Source: a virus (taxonomy: Duplodnaviria > Caudoviricetes). Taken from it: a stretch of 58,660 nt of DNA. Under the pieces are notes generated by a model, which had not been told where the DNA came from, searched no databases, and saw nothing but the letters and a program-made list of their open reading frames with translations. The DNA lies in IMG/VR virus record IMGVR_UViG_3300029327_000042, positions 1-58,660 of that record; one strand, given 5' to 3'. The translations under genes were made by a program, and so were the position numbers. This document shows positions 9,001-18,849 of the stretch, piece after piece (the stretch's first letter is position 1; the number at the start of each line of letters is the position of its first letter).

Positions 9001-9378
9001 ATGGCAAAGACCGCCCACTGCATCGAAGTAAGGAGCGGCGACGGGACCCTTGTGCTCAGTCTCCATTTCGTGGAAAAGGAGATCGGGCCGACGTCGAGAA
9101 CGGAAACCACATCCTACAAAAAAACAGAAACCAAACAGGAAAGGAGGCAATCAAACGGTTCATCCAGCGGCGAAGGCACCATCACCGACGCCCAGAAACG
9201 ATTCATGTTCCGGATCTTGGCCGACCAGGGCATTGAAAAGGAAGGCGCCTACCAATTCTTAAAGGAGAATTTCGGGGTCGAGATCCTCAAAGACGTGTCC
9301 AAGTCGGAAGCCAGCCGGATGATAGAGCATCTTTTGGGGAAAAACGGGGGAGGCAACAGCGATGGACCACCTTTCTAG
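9001..9378 (+). CDS. hypothetical protein (125 aa) coupled to the downstream nuclease
   Basis: AGGAGG RBS before ATG 9001; ITDAQKRF helical motif; overlaps the next gene. Confidence 0.7.
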   Translation: MAKTAHCIEVRSGDGTLVLSLHFVEKEIGPTSRTETTSYKKTETKQERRQSNGSSSGEGTITDAQKRFMFRILADQGIEKEGAYQFLKENFGVEILKDVSKSEASRMIEHLLGKNGGGNSDGPPF

Positions 9379-10114
9379 CAGCCAGATCAATCTCTACTCG
9401 CAGTGCAGCCTCAAATACAAGTTCCAGTATGTGGATTTGCTCCCCAAACCCTTCAAAGCGTCCGGGCTGGTTTTCGGCAGCGCAGTTCATGCTGCCCTGT
9501 CCTGGTTCCATACGGAGCGCCTGGCGGGAAGAAATCCCACCCTGGATAAGCTGCATAAGGTCTTTGAGGCGGACTGGTACGGCCAAACCATCGAAAGTCA
9601 CGTCCGCTACAAAGAGTGGGAAACGCCAGCGGGCCTCATCATGCTCGGACGAAGTATTCTCGGATTGTATTACCGGGAACCGCATGACGGGGTGCAGGGC
9701 ACTGAAATTCCATTCACAGTGCCCTTGGAAGATCCGGTCACCGGCGAGCGGTTGGGGATCAATCTGGAAGGCTTTATCGACCTCCTTGAACAACCCGACA
9801 CCATCGTTGAATTCAAGACGTCGCTGAAAGCGATGGACATCAAGGACGTGAACGTGCAGCTCAGTGCCTACAGCTACGCCTACGAATTCCTCCACCAGCG
9901 GCTGCCCAGGCTCTTTAAGGTCGTGAATTTCATCAAATCCAAACGGCCTCGGATACTCGTGCTGGAGACGCACCAATGCGATCACCGGCGGTTTTTCAAC
10001 CTAGCCAAGAAGGTGTTCGAAGGTATCCGTGCGCAGATCTTTTTCCCGAAGCACAGCTTCATGTGCGCCGGGTGTGAGTTCGCGGAGCCATGTCAGGGGT
10101 GGGAAGGGAATTAG
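9362..10114 (+). CDS. PD-(D/E)XK nuclease, RecB/AddB/Cas4-like with putative Fe-S cluster
   Basis: HLSSSQINLYSQCSLKY, GSAVHAAL, GFIDLL...IVEFKT, QLSAY, CAGCEFAEPC. Confidence 0.85.
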   Translation: MDHLSSSQINLYSQCSLKYKFQYVDLLPKPFKASGLVFGSAVHAALSWFHTERLAGRNPTLDKLHKVFEADWYGQTIESHVRYKEWETPAGLIMLGRSILGLYYREPHDGVQGTEIPFTVPLEDPVTGERLGINLEGFIDLLEQPDTIVEFKTSLKAMDIKDVNVQLSAYSYAYEFLHQRLPRLFKVVNFIKSKRPRILVLETHQCDHRRFFNLAKKVFEGIRAQIFFPKHSFMCAGCEFAEPCQGWEGN

Positions 10115-10137
10115 ATTAAAGTTCTTTCAGAAAAATC

Positions 10138-10167
10138 AAAGGAAGTAGGAACCTCTACTTCCTTTTT
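10138..10167. terminator. rho-independent terminator
   Basis: AAAGGAAGTAG-gaacct-CTACTTCCTTTTT. Confidence 0.7.
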
Positions 10168-10188
10168 AAATGCGTATCTGGATTGGGA

Positions 10189-10419
10189 TCATATCGACCC
10201 ACCCGATAGCTTCCCAGCAGGGGAAACTTGAACGTCCTTTTTCCGACGGCGGATAACCTTCCCCCGAGAAGCCTTGGCTAACCACTGAGCATTCAACGCG
10301 GTCTTGTACCGCTGTATGAGGACACAATCATTCTCTTCGGTTGTGAAGGGAACGCATAATTTTCGTAACTCTGATTCCAGTTCCCATCGTTTAAGATCCA
10401 AATCATTATTCTTTGACAT
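10189..10419 (-). CDS. hypothetical protein
   Basis: Clean 76-aa ORF co-oriented with DUF2958 and ending at the terminator. Confidence 0.4.
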   Translation of the reverse strand: MSKNNDLDLKRWELESELRKLCVPFTTEENDCVLIQRYKTALNAQWLAKASRGKVIRRRKKDVQVSPAGKLSGGSI

Positions 10420-10506
10420 AGTTTGCCCGTATTGAATTGTTATCTGATCCGAAAAAAGAAAGTGTACATAGCATGACAGGAAACAAATGGCAACGAGAGG
10501 AAGCCC

Positions 10507-10854
10507 TCAGCCCTCTGCGTTCAATCGATGTTCAATCGCGCGGGGATCGATTTTGCTTATGGGGCGTTCCTCGAAGTAGAGATCGCGCTCAATGCCAATA
10601 CCGAGGGGTCCCTGGTAGCGTTCGAGTTCGTCCAGGCTGAAATAGCCCCACTCATCATTCCAATCCCCGAACAAACTTATATAACCAAAGAAGAGGCGCT
10701 CAGCCGGGTAATACTCGGTAGCATACCAGGTGGCGCCTCCGGTCGGGTCAAAGAATTTCGCGATCACCAAGGGATCAACTTGCTCTTCCTGGCATCCAAC
10801 CCGGGCGAATCGTATTTTGAGGTCTTTCGTTAGCAGTTTCATGGTTTTGAACAT
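10507..10854 (-). CDS. DUF2958-family protein
   Basis: AKFFDPTGGATWYATEY...FFGY...EWGYFSLDELE...GIERDLYF. Confidence 0.85.
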   Translation of the reverse strand: MFKTMKLLTKDLKIRFARVGCQEEQVDPLVIAKFFDPTGGATWYATEYYPAERLFFGYISLFGDWNDEWGYFSLDELERYQGPLGIGIERDLYFEERPISKIDPRAIEHRLNAEG

Positions 10855-10911
10855 TAAGGATTATTTCACCAGCCTTGGCATTCCACCTTCTTTCACCTCT
10901 TAGTACAATTC

Positions 10912-10933
10912 GGATAAAACACTTGTTTTATCC
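10912..10933. promoter_or_regulatory. palindrome, putative resolvase res subsite
   Basis: GGATAAAACA-ct-TGTTTTATCC; a half site GTTTTATCC recurs at 10998-11006 just before the resolvase start. Confidence 0.55.
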
Positions 10934-11014
10934 TTAACTTTGACGTAGACTGAAAATGCTGAATTAATAGGGAGTTAGCATACTAATAATAGAAGGGGTT
11001 TTATCCGCATCCAT

Positions 11015-11611
11015 ATGAAACAAAAAATCGCTGCCATTTATGCCCGCGTGTCCACGGACCGTCAAAAGGTGGCCATGCAACTCGAAGAGCTGAGAGCCTT
11101 CGCTCAACGTTCTGGCTGGATCATCTTTAAAGAATTTACGGACGAAGGCTTTACAGGAAAGCACACCGTGCGGCCAGCTTACAATGCCATGATGAAAGAG
11201 GCCCGGCACCGCAAGTTTGATGTGCTCCTGGTCTGGAAGCTGGATCGACTGAGCCGGTCTATGAAAGATCTGATTAATACACTCGATGAATTACGGCACT
11301 TGGGCATTGATTTCGTCTCCTATGATGACCGACAGCTCGATACCACCACCCCCGCCGGCAAGCTTATGTTTCACATGATCGCGGCGGTGGCCGAGTTCGA
11401 GCGAGAGATTATTCGGGAGCGGGTAATTGCGGGCCTCGAAAGCGCCAAACGCAAAGGCAAGCGCTTGGGTCGCCCGCCAGTGGCACCCCTGGTGTTGGAA
11501 CGCGCCAAAGCACTGAGAAAGCAAGGCTTGAGCTTTGCGGCAATCGGGAAACAGCTTGGCGTCTCGGGCGATGTGATCAGGAAGCGCCTTAACGACAAAA
11601 TAAGCTCATAG
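11015..11611 (+). CDS. serine recombinase (resolvase/invertase) with C-terminal HTH
   Basis: AIYARVSTDRQ, VWKLDRLSRS, AEFEREIIRERVIAGL, GKRLGRPP. Confidence 0.92.
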   Translation: MKQKIAAIYARVSTDRQKVAMQLEELRAFAQRSGWIIFKEFTDEGFTGKHTVRPAYNAMMKEARHRKFDVLLVWKLDRLSRSMKDLINTLDELRHLGIDFVSYDDRQLDTTTPAGKLMFHMIAAVAEFEREIIRERVIAGLESAKRKGKRLGRPPVAPLVLERAKALRKQGLSFAAIGKQLGVSGDVIRKRLNDKISS

Positions 11612-11963
11612 AGGTTTTAATCTTCAGGTTTGTACCTTGATCCGGGAGCAGATCTTTTTTCCCGGGCAAAGTTTTATGTGCTTAGGCTGTGAGTACACCG
11701 AGCAATGCCGGGCGTGGGAAGGATCATAATCGCTCAGTTCTTTCAACTCCAAGGAAGTAGAAAACGCTACTTCCTTGTTTTGACAGTATGTAGCAGAGTG
11801 GAGTATCCTGAAAGAAAGCGAGCTAGCAGAATTCTCACCGGCGGAACATACCGCCATGGATAGTGTACAGAAGCCAGTACGGGTAAAAAAGAGGAAAATC
11901 ATGGCCCAACCGGAGTGCCCAAAACATAATTCCGAAAATAAAGAGTTAAAAGCAGTCGAACAT

Positions 11964-14900
11964 ATGAATACTGATCTATCATTTATAACAAATGAAAAAA
12001 ATCAAAGCCTCAAAGACCGATTTGAGGTTCTTATTCGGGATACGGCATTCTTCGATTGCCTGGTAGGTTATTTCTATACCAGCGGGTTCCATGCGCTGTA
12101 TAAGTCTCTGGAAAAGACAGAAAAGGTTCGAATTCTCATTGGCATCAGCACCAACAAGCAGACTTTTGACCTGATTGCTAAAGCTAGTGATCCTCGGCAA
12201 CAAGTCATTGAATTTTCTCATGCAGAAACGAAGGAAGAGGTTGAGAGACTCGTTGAGCAGGAATTGGCAGACTCAGACGATAATAGAAACGTCGAAGAAG
12301 GGGTGCATAAGTTTGTTGAATGGGTCAGGGATAAAAAACTAGAAATTCGGGCCTACCCATCCCAGAATATACATGCCAAACTATACATTATGACCTTTTG
12401 TGAAGGAGACCGCGATATAGGGAGGGTAATTACCGGTTCCAGCAACTTTACCCAGGCCGGACTCATTGATAATCTGGAATTTAATGTCGAGTTAAAAAAC
12501 CGCAGTGATTATGAGTTTTCACGCCAAAAGTTCGAGGAACTGTGGCAGTCAGCAGTGGATGTCAGTGAGCGGTATGTTCAGACGATCCAGGACAAGACCT
12601 GGCTCAGCCAAAGTATCACGCCCTATCAACTCTATCTAAAATTCCTTTACGAATATTTCAAAGATGAACTCAGCCAAACCGATGAGGTTTTTGTAAGGTA
12701 CCTCCCCGAGGAGTTTAAGAAACTCGAATACCAAGAGCAGGCAGTCCTCAATGCCAGAAAGATACTGTTGGAGTATGGCGGCGTTTTCATCTCCGATGTC
12801 GTAGGACTGGGCAAAACCTATATTTCCGCCATGCTGGCGGGACAATTGGAGGGGAGAACGCTTATCATTGCCCCGCCTGTACTTTTGGAAAAATCCAATC
12901 CCGGCTCTTGGACTAACGTGTTTTCGGACTTTCACGTGCCTGCTGATTTTCAATCCCTCGGGAAACTGGACGACCTCCTGAGCAGGGGAACTGATAAGTA
13001 CGCCAACATTATTATCGATGAAGCCCATCGTTTCCGAACGGAAACGACCGCGACCTACGAGAAGCTGGCGGAAATCTGTCGCGGCAAACGGGTGATCCTG
13101 GTGACCGCCACTCCCTACAATAATGCGCCCAAAGATATCCTCAGCTTACTTAAGCTCTTTCAGAAAGCGAAGAAGAGTACCATTCCCAATCTGCCCGACC
13201 TGGAAAGCTTTTTCAGCCGACTTGAGCAAAAATTGAAAAAACTCGACCGCCAGAAAGATTATGACAAATACATTTCTATCGTGAAAGAGAACGCGCGTGA
13301 AATACGGGAAAAGGTACTGAAATATTTAATGGTACGCCGCACTCGGACAGAGATCGTAAAGTATTTTTCCGATGATATTAATAAGCAAGGACTCAAATTC
13401 CCCAGTGTGGAGAAGCCTGTCCCGCTTTTTTATGAACTAAACGAGAAAGAAGATCAGGTCTTTACTAAAACCATTGAGCTCATCGTTAAAGACTTCAAAT
13501 ACGCACGGTATATGCCCCTTCTTTATTATCAAGGCAAGGTGGACCCGCTTGAGCGGCAATCACAGAAAAATATGGGCCGGTTCATGAAGATCTTGCTGGT
13601 TAAACGCCTGGAAAGCAGTTTTTTTGCCTTTCGGAATTCGATTGACCGCTTTTTGCACTCCTATGAAATGTTCATTAAAGAGTTTGACAAGGGCAATGTC
13701 TATGTGAGTAAGAAGCACACCAGCAAGATATTTGAATTATTGGAAGACGATGATGATGAGGCCGTGCAGCGCCTGATCGACGAAAGCAAAGCTGAGCGCC
13801 TTAGCAGTGGCGATTTTGGAGAAGAATTCCGGAATGATTTGCAGCACGACCGTGATGTGCTTCTGGAGATTAAAAAATTCTGGACGAACATTCATCGCGA
13901 TCCGAAGCTGTTAAAATTTATCGACGGGCTCTCCACTGATCCTGGATTGAAAAAGAATCATTTGATCATCTTCACCGAATCCAAGGAGACTGCTAACTAT
14001 CTCTTTACAAATTTGCACCAGAAGTACCCTGACCAGGTGTTATGCTATACTGGCTCTTCCAGCGAAGCGACACGCGATAAAGTCATCGAAAATTTTGACG
14101 CGCGCGCTCGTCATCCAAAGAGCGAGTACCGGATACTGGTGGCCACAGAGGTTTTGGCTGAAGGCGTGAACTTGCATCGCTCCAACACGGTGATCAACTA
14201 CGACATTCCCTGGAATCCTACCCGCATGATGCAGCGAGTTGGCCGCATAAACCGGGTCGATACCCCGGCTGATAAGATTCATACGTTTAACTTTTTTCCC
14301 ACTACTCAATCCAACGACCAGATCAAACTCAGGGAAGCGGCGGAAGCCAAAATCAATGCCTTTTTAACCCTGCTGGGTGGCGATGCCGAATTGTTGACCG
14401 AAGGGGAACCCATCGGCTCGCATGAACTCTTTAACCGATTGATCTCAAAACAGGCTTTAGAAGGCGAGGATGAAGCGGGGGAGACCGAATTGAAATATCT
14501 GCATGCAATAAAAGAGATTCGCGATAAAGACCCTGACTTGTTCGAAAAGATCAAACGGCTACCCAAAAAAGGACGCACGGCTAAATACTTCGCTGAGCAG
14601 GCTGATTCACTGATCACCTATTTTCGAAGGGGTAAACTCCAGAAATTCTACATGGCCGCGGCTCAGCCGGAAGCGCACGAGCTGGACTTTATCTCAGCAG
14701 CCAAACTGCTGGAGAGTGGCGTTGATGAACCAAAGAAAAAATTGCCGGGACAGTTTTACGATCTGATGGATAAGAACAAAGAGGCCTTTGTTTTCTCGAC
14801 CACCGAGGAGCAGTCCCAACTAAAGCAAAGAGGCGGCGGGCGCGACAGCGCGGCCAACATCCTTAAGATTTTAAAAGTTACGATGAAGAACACTCAAAAG

Positions 14901-15158
14901 CTGACGGATGATCAGGAACTCTACCTCAAGAAAGTATTCACCCAGCTTGCGGAAGGCGGCTTGCCAAAGCAGACAGCAAAACAAACGTTGCAGGCTCTAA
15001 ATGATTTAAAAAATGATTTGATCAACCCCTTTAAGGTACTGGGGGTGCTGCAAACTCACATCCCGGCTAAGCTGCTCGAACAGCATTATGCCGAACAGAA
15101 TCCGGCGGTATTTGGCAAACGGGAAGTCATTTTATCCATGTATTTGAGTGGTGAATAA
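11964..15158 (+). CDS. PLD nuclease + SNF2-like helicase (restriction component)
   Basis: IHAKLYI...GSSNFT (PLD), SDVVGLGKT, IIDEAH, LVTATP, AEGVNL, PWNPTRMMQRVGRINR. Start placed at MNTDLSF; the track start is 11856. Confidence 0.88.
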   Translation: MNTDLSFITNEKNQSLKDRFEVLIRDTAFFDCLVGYFYTSGFHALYKSLEKTEKVRILIGISTNKQTFDLIAKASDPRQQVIEFSHAETKEEVERLVEQELADSDDNRNVEEGVHKFVEWVRDKKLEIRAYPSQNIHAKLYIMTFCEGDRDIGRVITGSSNFTQAGLIDNLEFNVELKNRSDYEFSRQKFEELWQSAVDVSERYVQTIQDKTWLSQSITPYQLYLKFLYEYFKDELSQTDEVFVRYLPEEFKKLEYQEQAVLNARKILLEYGGVFISDVVGLGKTYISAMLAGQLEGRTLIIAPPVLLEKSNPGSWTNVFSDFHVPADFQSLGKLDDLLSRGTDKYANIIIDEAHRFRTETTATYEKLAEICRGKRVILVTATPYNNAPKDILSLLKLFQKAKKSTIPNLPDLESFFSRLEQKLKKLDRQKDYDKYISIVKENAREIREKVLKYLMVRRTRTEIVKYFSDDINKQGLKFPSVEKPVPLFYELNEKEDQVFTKTIELIVKDFKYARYMPLLYYQGKVDPLERQSQKNMGRFMKILLVKRLESSFFAFRNSIDRFLHSYEMFIKEFDKGNVYVSKKHTSKIFELLEDDDDEAVQRLIDESKAERLSSGDFGEEFRNDLQHDRDVLLEIKKFWTNIHRDPKLLKFIDGLSTDPGLKKNHLIIFTESKETANYLFTNLHQKYPDQVLCYTGSSSEATRDKVIENFDARARHPKSEYRILVATEVLAEGVNLHRSNTVINYDIPWNPTRMMQRVGRINRVDTPADKIHTFNFFPTTQSNDQIKLREAAEAKINAFLTLLGGDAELLTEGEPIGSHELFNRLISKQALEGEDEAGETELKYLHAIKEIRDKDPDLFEKIKRLPKKGRTAKYFAEQADSLITYFRRGKLQKFYMAAAQPEAHELDFISAAKLLESGVDEPKKKLPGQFYDLMDKNKEAFVFSTTEEQSQLKQRGGGRDSAANILKILKVTMKNTQKLTDDQELYLKKVFTQLAEGGLPKQTAKQTLQALNDLKNDLINPFKVLGVLQTHIPAKLLEQHYAEQNPAVFGKREVILSMYLSGE

Positions 15159-15160
15159 TT

Positions 15161-18100
15161 ATGGACAGACAACAGGCACGCAATCTAATCAAAGAAACAT
15201 TTGAAAAGCCGTTTGAAAAGGCGCGATTTTCTACGTTTATTAAGAACCTTTTAAATCGCAGTGAGGACGCGCCATTTACTTACAAGGGGCAATACATCCC
15301 TGACGCTTATAAGCCCTCCATAAGCACGTTGGAGCGCATCGCCAAATTCACCGATGGCGAACAGAAGGTTGATGTATTGATTATCAGGCTCAGGAAAGAA
15401 AGCTCGCTGGAGCGTGCTCGCACTATGCAGCGGAACTTTGTCGCCTGGTATCTCAATGGCAGCCGGGGTGGAGAACTGAAGGATGCCGCTCTGGTAGCGT
15501 TCGTATCCCCCGATGAAACTGATTGGCGGTTTTCGCTGGTTAAGATGGACTATAAATTTGAGCAGACCACGACCGGCAAAATGAAAGTGAAAGAAGAATT
15601 TACCCCTGCTCGGCGTTGGTCTTTTTTAGTGGGTATCAGCGAAAAAAGCCACACAGCCCAGAGTCGACTGATCAACATTCTAGCAAATGACGAACAGTCA
15701 CCGAGTCTCACCGAATTGGAAGAATCTTTCAACATAGAAACTGTTACGAATGAGTTCTTTTTGAAATACCGGGATCTTTTTGTTCGCGCGAAAGAAGCAT
15801 TAGATAAAGTGGTTCAAAACGATTCCCGCATCAAAGCCGATTTCGAAGCTATCGGAGTGAACACTGTTGACTTTGCCAAGAAATTGTTGGGACAGATCAT
15901 TTTTCTCTACTTTTTACAGAAAAAGGGTTGGTTTGGAGTTAAGGGGAATGACAAGTGGGGGGACGGCTCAAAGCAATTTTTGAGGGAACTGTTTGAAGGA
16001 AAGCACGGGACATATAAGAATTTCTTTAACGACATTCTGGAACCCCTCTTTTATGATGCATTGTCGAGAGATCGCTCGGATATCGACCACTGGAACGACC
16101 ATTTCAAATGCAAAATTCCCTTTTTAAATGGTGGGCTCTTCGATCCTATTGGTAATTATAGCTGGCATAATGCAGACATTTTGCTACCCAACGAACTGTT
16201 TTCTAATCGAAAAGCGCAGATGGGTGAAGGTAACGGTATTCTCGATATCTTCGACCTCTATAACTTTACCGTCAAAGAAGACGAGCCGATGGAAAAGGAA
16301 GTGGCTATCGACCCGGAATTGCTGGGTAAAGCATATGAGAAATTTAATGCCATTCGACCGGACAACTTTGAGGAGTACAAGAAGGCACTAACTAGCGGGA
16401 AAAAAGGCGATGAAAGCAAGTTTAACAAGCAATTCGGCGTCTATTATACCCCGCGTGAAATAGTTCATTACATGTGCCAACAAGGTCTAATAAATTATCT
16501 CACAACTGAAATGGCAGGGTCGGAGGGCAATAAATTTATCAGTAAATCAGATATTGAAACCTTGATTCATTTGGGTGAGCAGGTCGGTGAGAATGAAGCG
16601 CGGGTCGAAAGCCATGGTACAGAGACCAGCGCCTATTCTTACAAACTACCTGAGAGCATCCGCGAAAATGCCGAACTAATCGATCGAAAACTGGCCGGCA
16701 TTACAGTTTGTGACCCGGCCGTGGGGTCCGGTGCCTTTCCAGTTGGTATGATGAGTGAGATCGTAAAAGCGAGGAATGCGCTCTCGATATTTATTCAAGA
16801 TGAGGAACGAACTGTTTACGATTTTAAACGTCGCTGCATTCAGCATTCCCTGTACGGTGTGGATATAGATCCTGGGGCTGTAGAAATCGCTAAGCTTCGC
16901 TTATGGCTTTCATTAGTGGTTGATGAGGATGACATAAGACAAATTAAACCCTTACCCAATCTGGACTACAAGATCATGCAGGGCAATAGTCTGCTAGAAG
17001 AGTTTGAAGGCGTAAAGCTCTTTGATGAAAAACTTATTGCCTCTATCGGTTTTGATAAAGAAAAACGAATCAAATCTTTAAAGGAAAGACAGTCCTCACT
17101 ACAAAAGGAGTACTTTGAACTTCATTCACAAAATATGCTTAGTGGTAGCAAGCAGTCTGTATTAGAGCAGGAGCTAAAGAAAATAAGTTTAACGTTAAAG
17201 AAAATTGCCGCTACAACGAAACCGGTATTTGCTAATCCAGGTTTATTTGACGCTGTAAGTGAGGCGCAACATAAAGCGAGCCAATTGAAGTTGCTTCACA
17301 AGGAACTATTTGAAACTACTGATAAGAAGAAAAAAGATGATATAAAAAAGACAATTGGCAGGTTGGAATGGGAACTTATCGAGGTAACGCTTAAAGAAGA
17401 GGGCAAGAGTTCTGAACTTAAGAAAATCGAAGAATTTAAGAAATCAAACATTAAACCATTTTTTCTTTGGAAGCTAAACTTTACAGAAGTGTTTCAGGAA
17501 AAAGGTGGTTTTGATATCGTTATTGCTAATCCACCGTATGTTAGACAAGAACAAATCGGTGACATAAAGCCTTCGCTCAAAAGAATTTATAGTTCATATT
17601 CCGGCAGGGCTGACTTGTATGTATATTTCTATGAGATGGCTACATGTTCGCTTCTTTCAAAAAGAGGAACACTCTGCTTCATATCGTCCAACAAGTGGCT
17701 ACGCGCTCAATACGGAGAGGGATTAAGGCGAATTTTATCAAGCGCTTGTCGTCCCAATACCCTAATAGATTTTGGCGAACTGCCTGTGTTTGAAGAAGCA
17801 GCCACTTTCCCATTGATATTTATTGGCGCTCGCGGCAATTCATCGGATTTGACCTTTGTGCAAATTCGCTCACTTACTCCACCGTATCCAAATCTTCCTC
17901 TTATTGTTTCCACAGAAGGTATGAAGATATCATCTGGTAAGTTGTCACATCTCACTTGGTCCTTTGGGAATAGCTCCGAAGAAGGGCTTCTCGCTAAACT
18001 TAGAACATTTCCCGGTAGGCTCGATGACTCGATGATAATGGCAGGGATAAAAACGGGCTTTAATACAGCTTTTTGGATTGATGCATTTTGTCGTGAGCAG

Positions 18101-18778
18101 TTGATAACTTTAAGCCCGAGTTGTTCCAAATTTTTGAAACCGCTCATCATTGGTGACGATATAAGACAATGGGAAATAGGGAACCGCAATAGATGGATTA
18201 TATACACGCCCATAGGCACTAATCCAAAGGAGCTTGGCTCAATCCTTATACATCTTGAGAAGTGGAAGCTTAAGTTACAAGGTAGGGCACTAAGTCAGCA
18301 ATGGTGGGAGCTTCAGCAAGCGCAATTTCGCTACTGCCAGCTTTTTGAGTCTCCAAAGATTGTTTATCCAGACATAGCAAAGTCTCCAAGATTCACAATC
18401 GATTATGATGGGCGATACCTTGACATGACTGCTTTTGCTATTGCTTCAGAAAGTAAGTTTTTAGTAGCATTATTGAACTCCAGGTTGATATGGTACTTTC
18501 TGCAAAAAACAGCTGCTGTTTTGGGGGATGCAAATAATGGAGGGAGACTTCGCTTGAAAAGGCAATATATAAAAGAAATTCCAATTCCAAAAGCATCTAC
18601 CAAAGTTGAATATGAATTACAGCTGTTGGTTGAACAAATTCTCGCTACTAAAGAAAAGAATAAGAACGGAGTTATAGATATCTTGGAAAATAAGATTAAT
18701 CAACTAGTCTACCAGCTCTATGGTCTCACCAAAGAAGAGATTAGAATCGTGGAAGGCTCGTATTTTGACGCTAGTTGA
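15161..18778 (+). CDS. Eco57I/type IIG-like N6-adenine methyltransferase with TaqI-like target recognition domain
   Basis: GVYYTPREIV, CDPAVGSGAF, LYGVDID, FDIVIANPPY, C-terminal LVALLNS...IPIP. Confidence 0.9.
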   Translation: MDRQQARNLIKETFEKPFEKARFSTFIKNLLNRSEDAPFTYKGQYIPDAYKPSISTLERIAKFTDGEQKVDVLIIRLRKESSLERARTMQRNFVAWYLNGSRGGELKDAALVAFVSPDETDWRFSLVKMDYKFEQTTTGKMKVKEEFTPARRWSFLVGISEKSHTAQSRLINILANDEQSPSLTELEESFNIETVTNEFFLKYRDLFVRAKEALDKVVQNDSRIKADFEAIGVNTVDFAKKLLGQIIFLYFLQKKGWFGVKGNDKWGDGSKQFLRELFEGKHGTYKNFFNDILEPLFYDALSRDRSDIDHWNDHFKCKIPFLNGGLFDPIGNYSWHNADILLPNELFSNRKAQMGEGNGILDIFDLYNFTVKEDEPMEKEVAIDPELLGKAYEKFNAIRPDNFEEYKKALTSGKKGDESKFNKQFGVYYTPREIVHYMCQQGLINYLTTEMAGSEGNKFISKSDIETLIHLGEQVGENEARVESHGTETSAYSYKLPESIRENAELIDRKLAGITVCDPAVGSGAFPVGMMSEIVKARNALSIFIQDEERTVYDFKRRCIQHSLYGVDIDPGAVEIAKLRLWLSLVVDEDDIRQIKPLPNLDYKIMQGNSLLEEFEGVKLFDEKLIASIGFDKEKRIKSLKERQSSLQKEYFELHSQNMLSGSKQSVLEQELKKISLTLKKIAATTKPVFANPGLFDAVSEAQHKASQLKLLHKELFETTDKKKKDDIKKTIGRLEWELIEVTLKEEGKSSELKKIEEFKKSNIKPFFLWKLNFTEVFQEKGGFDIVIANPPYVRQEQIGDIKPSLKRIYSSYSGRADLYVYFYEMATCSLLSKRGTLCFISSNKWLRAQYGEGLRRILSSACRPNTLIDFGELPVFEEAATFPLIFIGARGNSSDLTFVQIRSLTPPYPNLPLIVSTEGMKISSGKLSHLTWSFGNSSEEGLLAKLRTFPGRLDDSMIMAGIKTGFNTAFWIDAFCREQLITLSPSCSKFLKPLIIGDDIRQWEIGNRNRWIIYTPIGTNPKELGSILIHLEKWKLKLQGRALSQQWWELQQAQFRYCQLFESPKIVYPDIAKSPRFTIDYDGRYLDMTAFAIASESKFLVALLNSRLIWYFLQKTAAVLGDANNGGRLRLKRQYIKEIPIPKASTKVEYELQLLVEQILATKEKNKNGVIDILENKINQLVYQLYGLTKEEIRIVEGSYFDAS

Positions 18779-18849
18779 TGTAGTGCCTTGATCTACTGAT
18801 TGACTTCTGCCTTGTGCCTATAGTTTCGGTAGAGGGTAGACGCGAGTTA

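Noticed and set aside
9362-10114. CRISPR-Cas locus around the Cas4-like gene
   Set aside because: No repeat-spacer array or other cas genes were found in the window.
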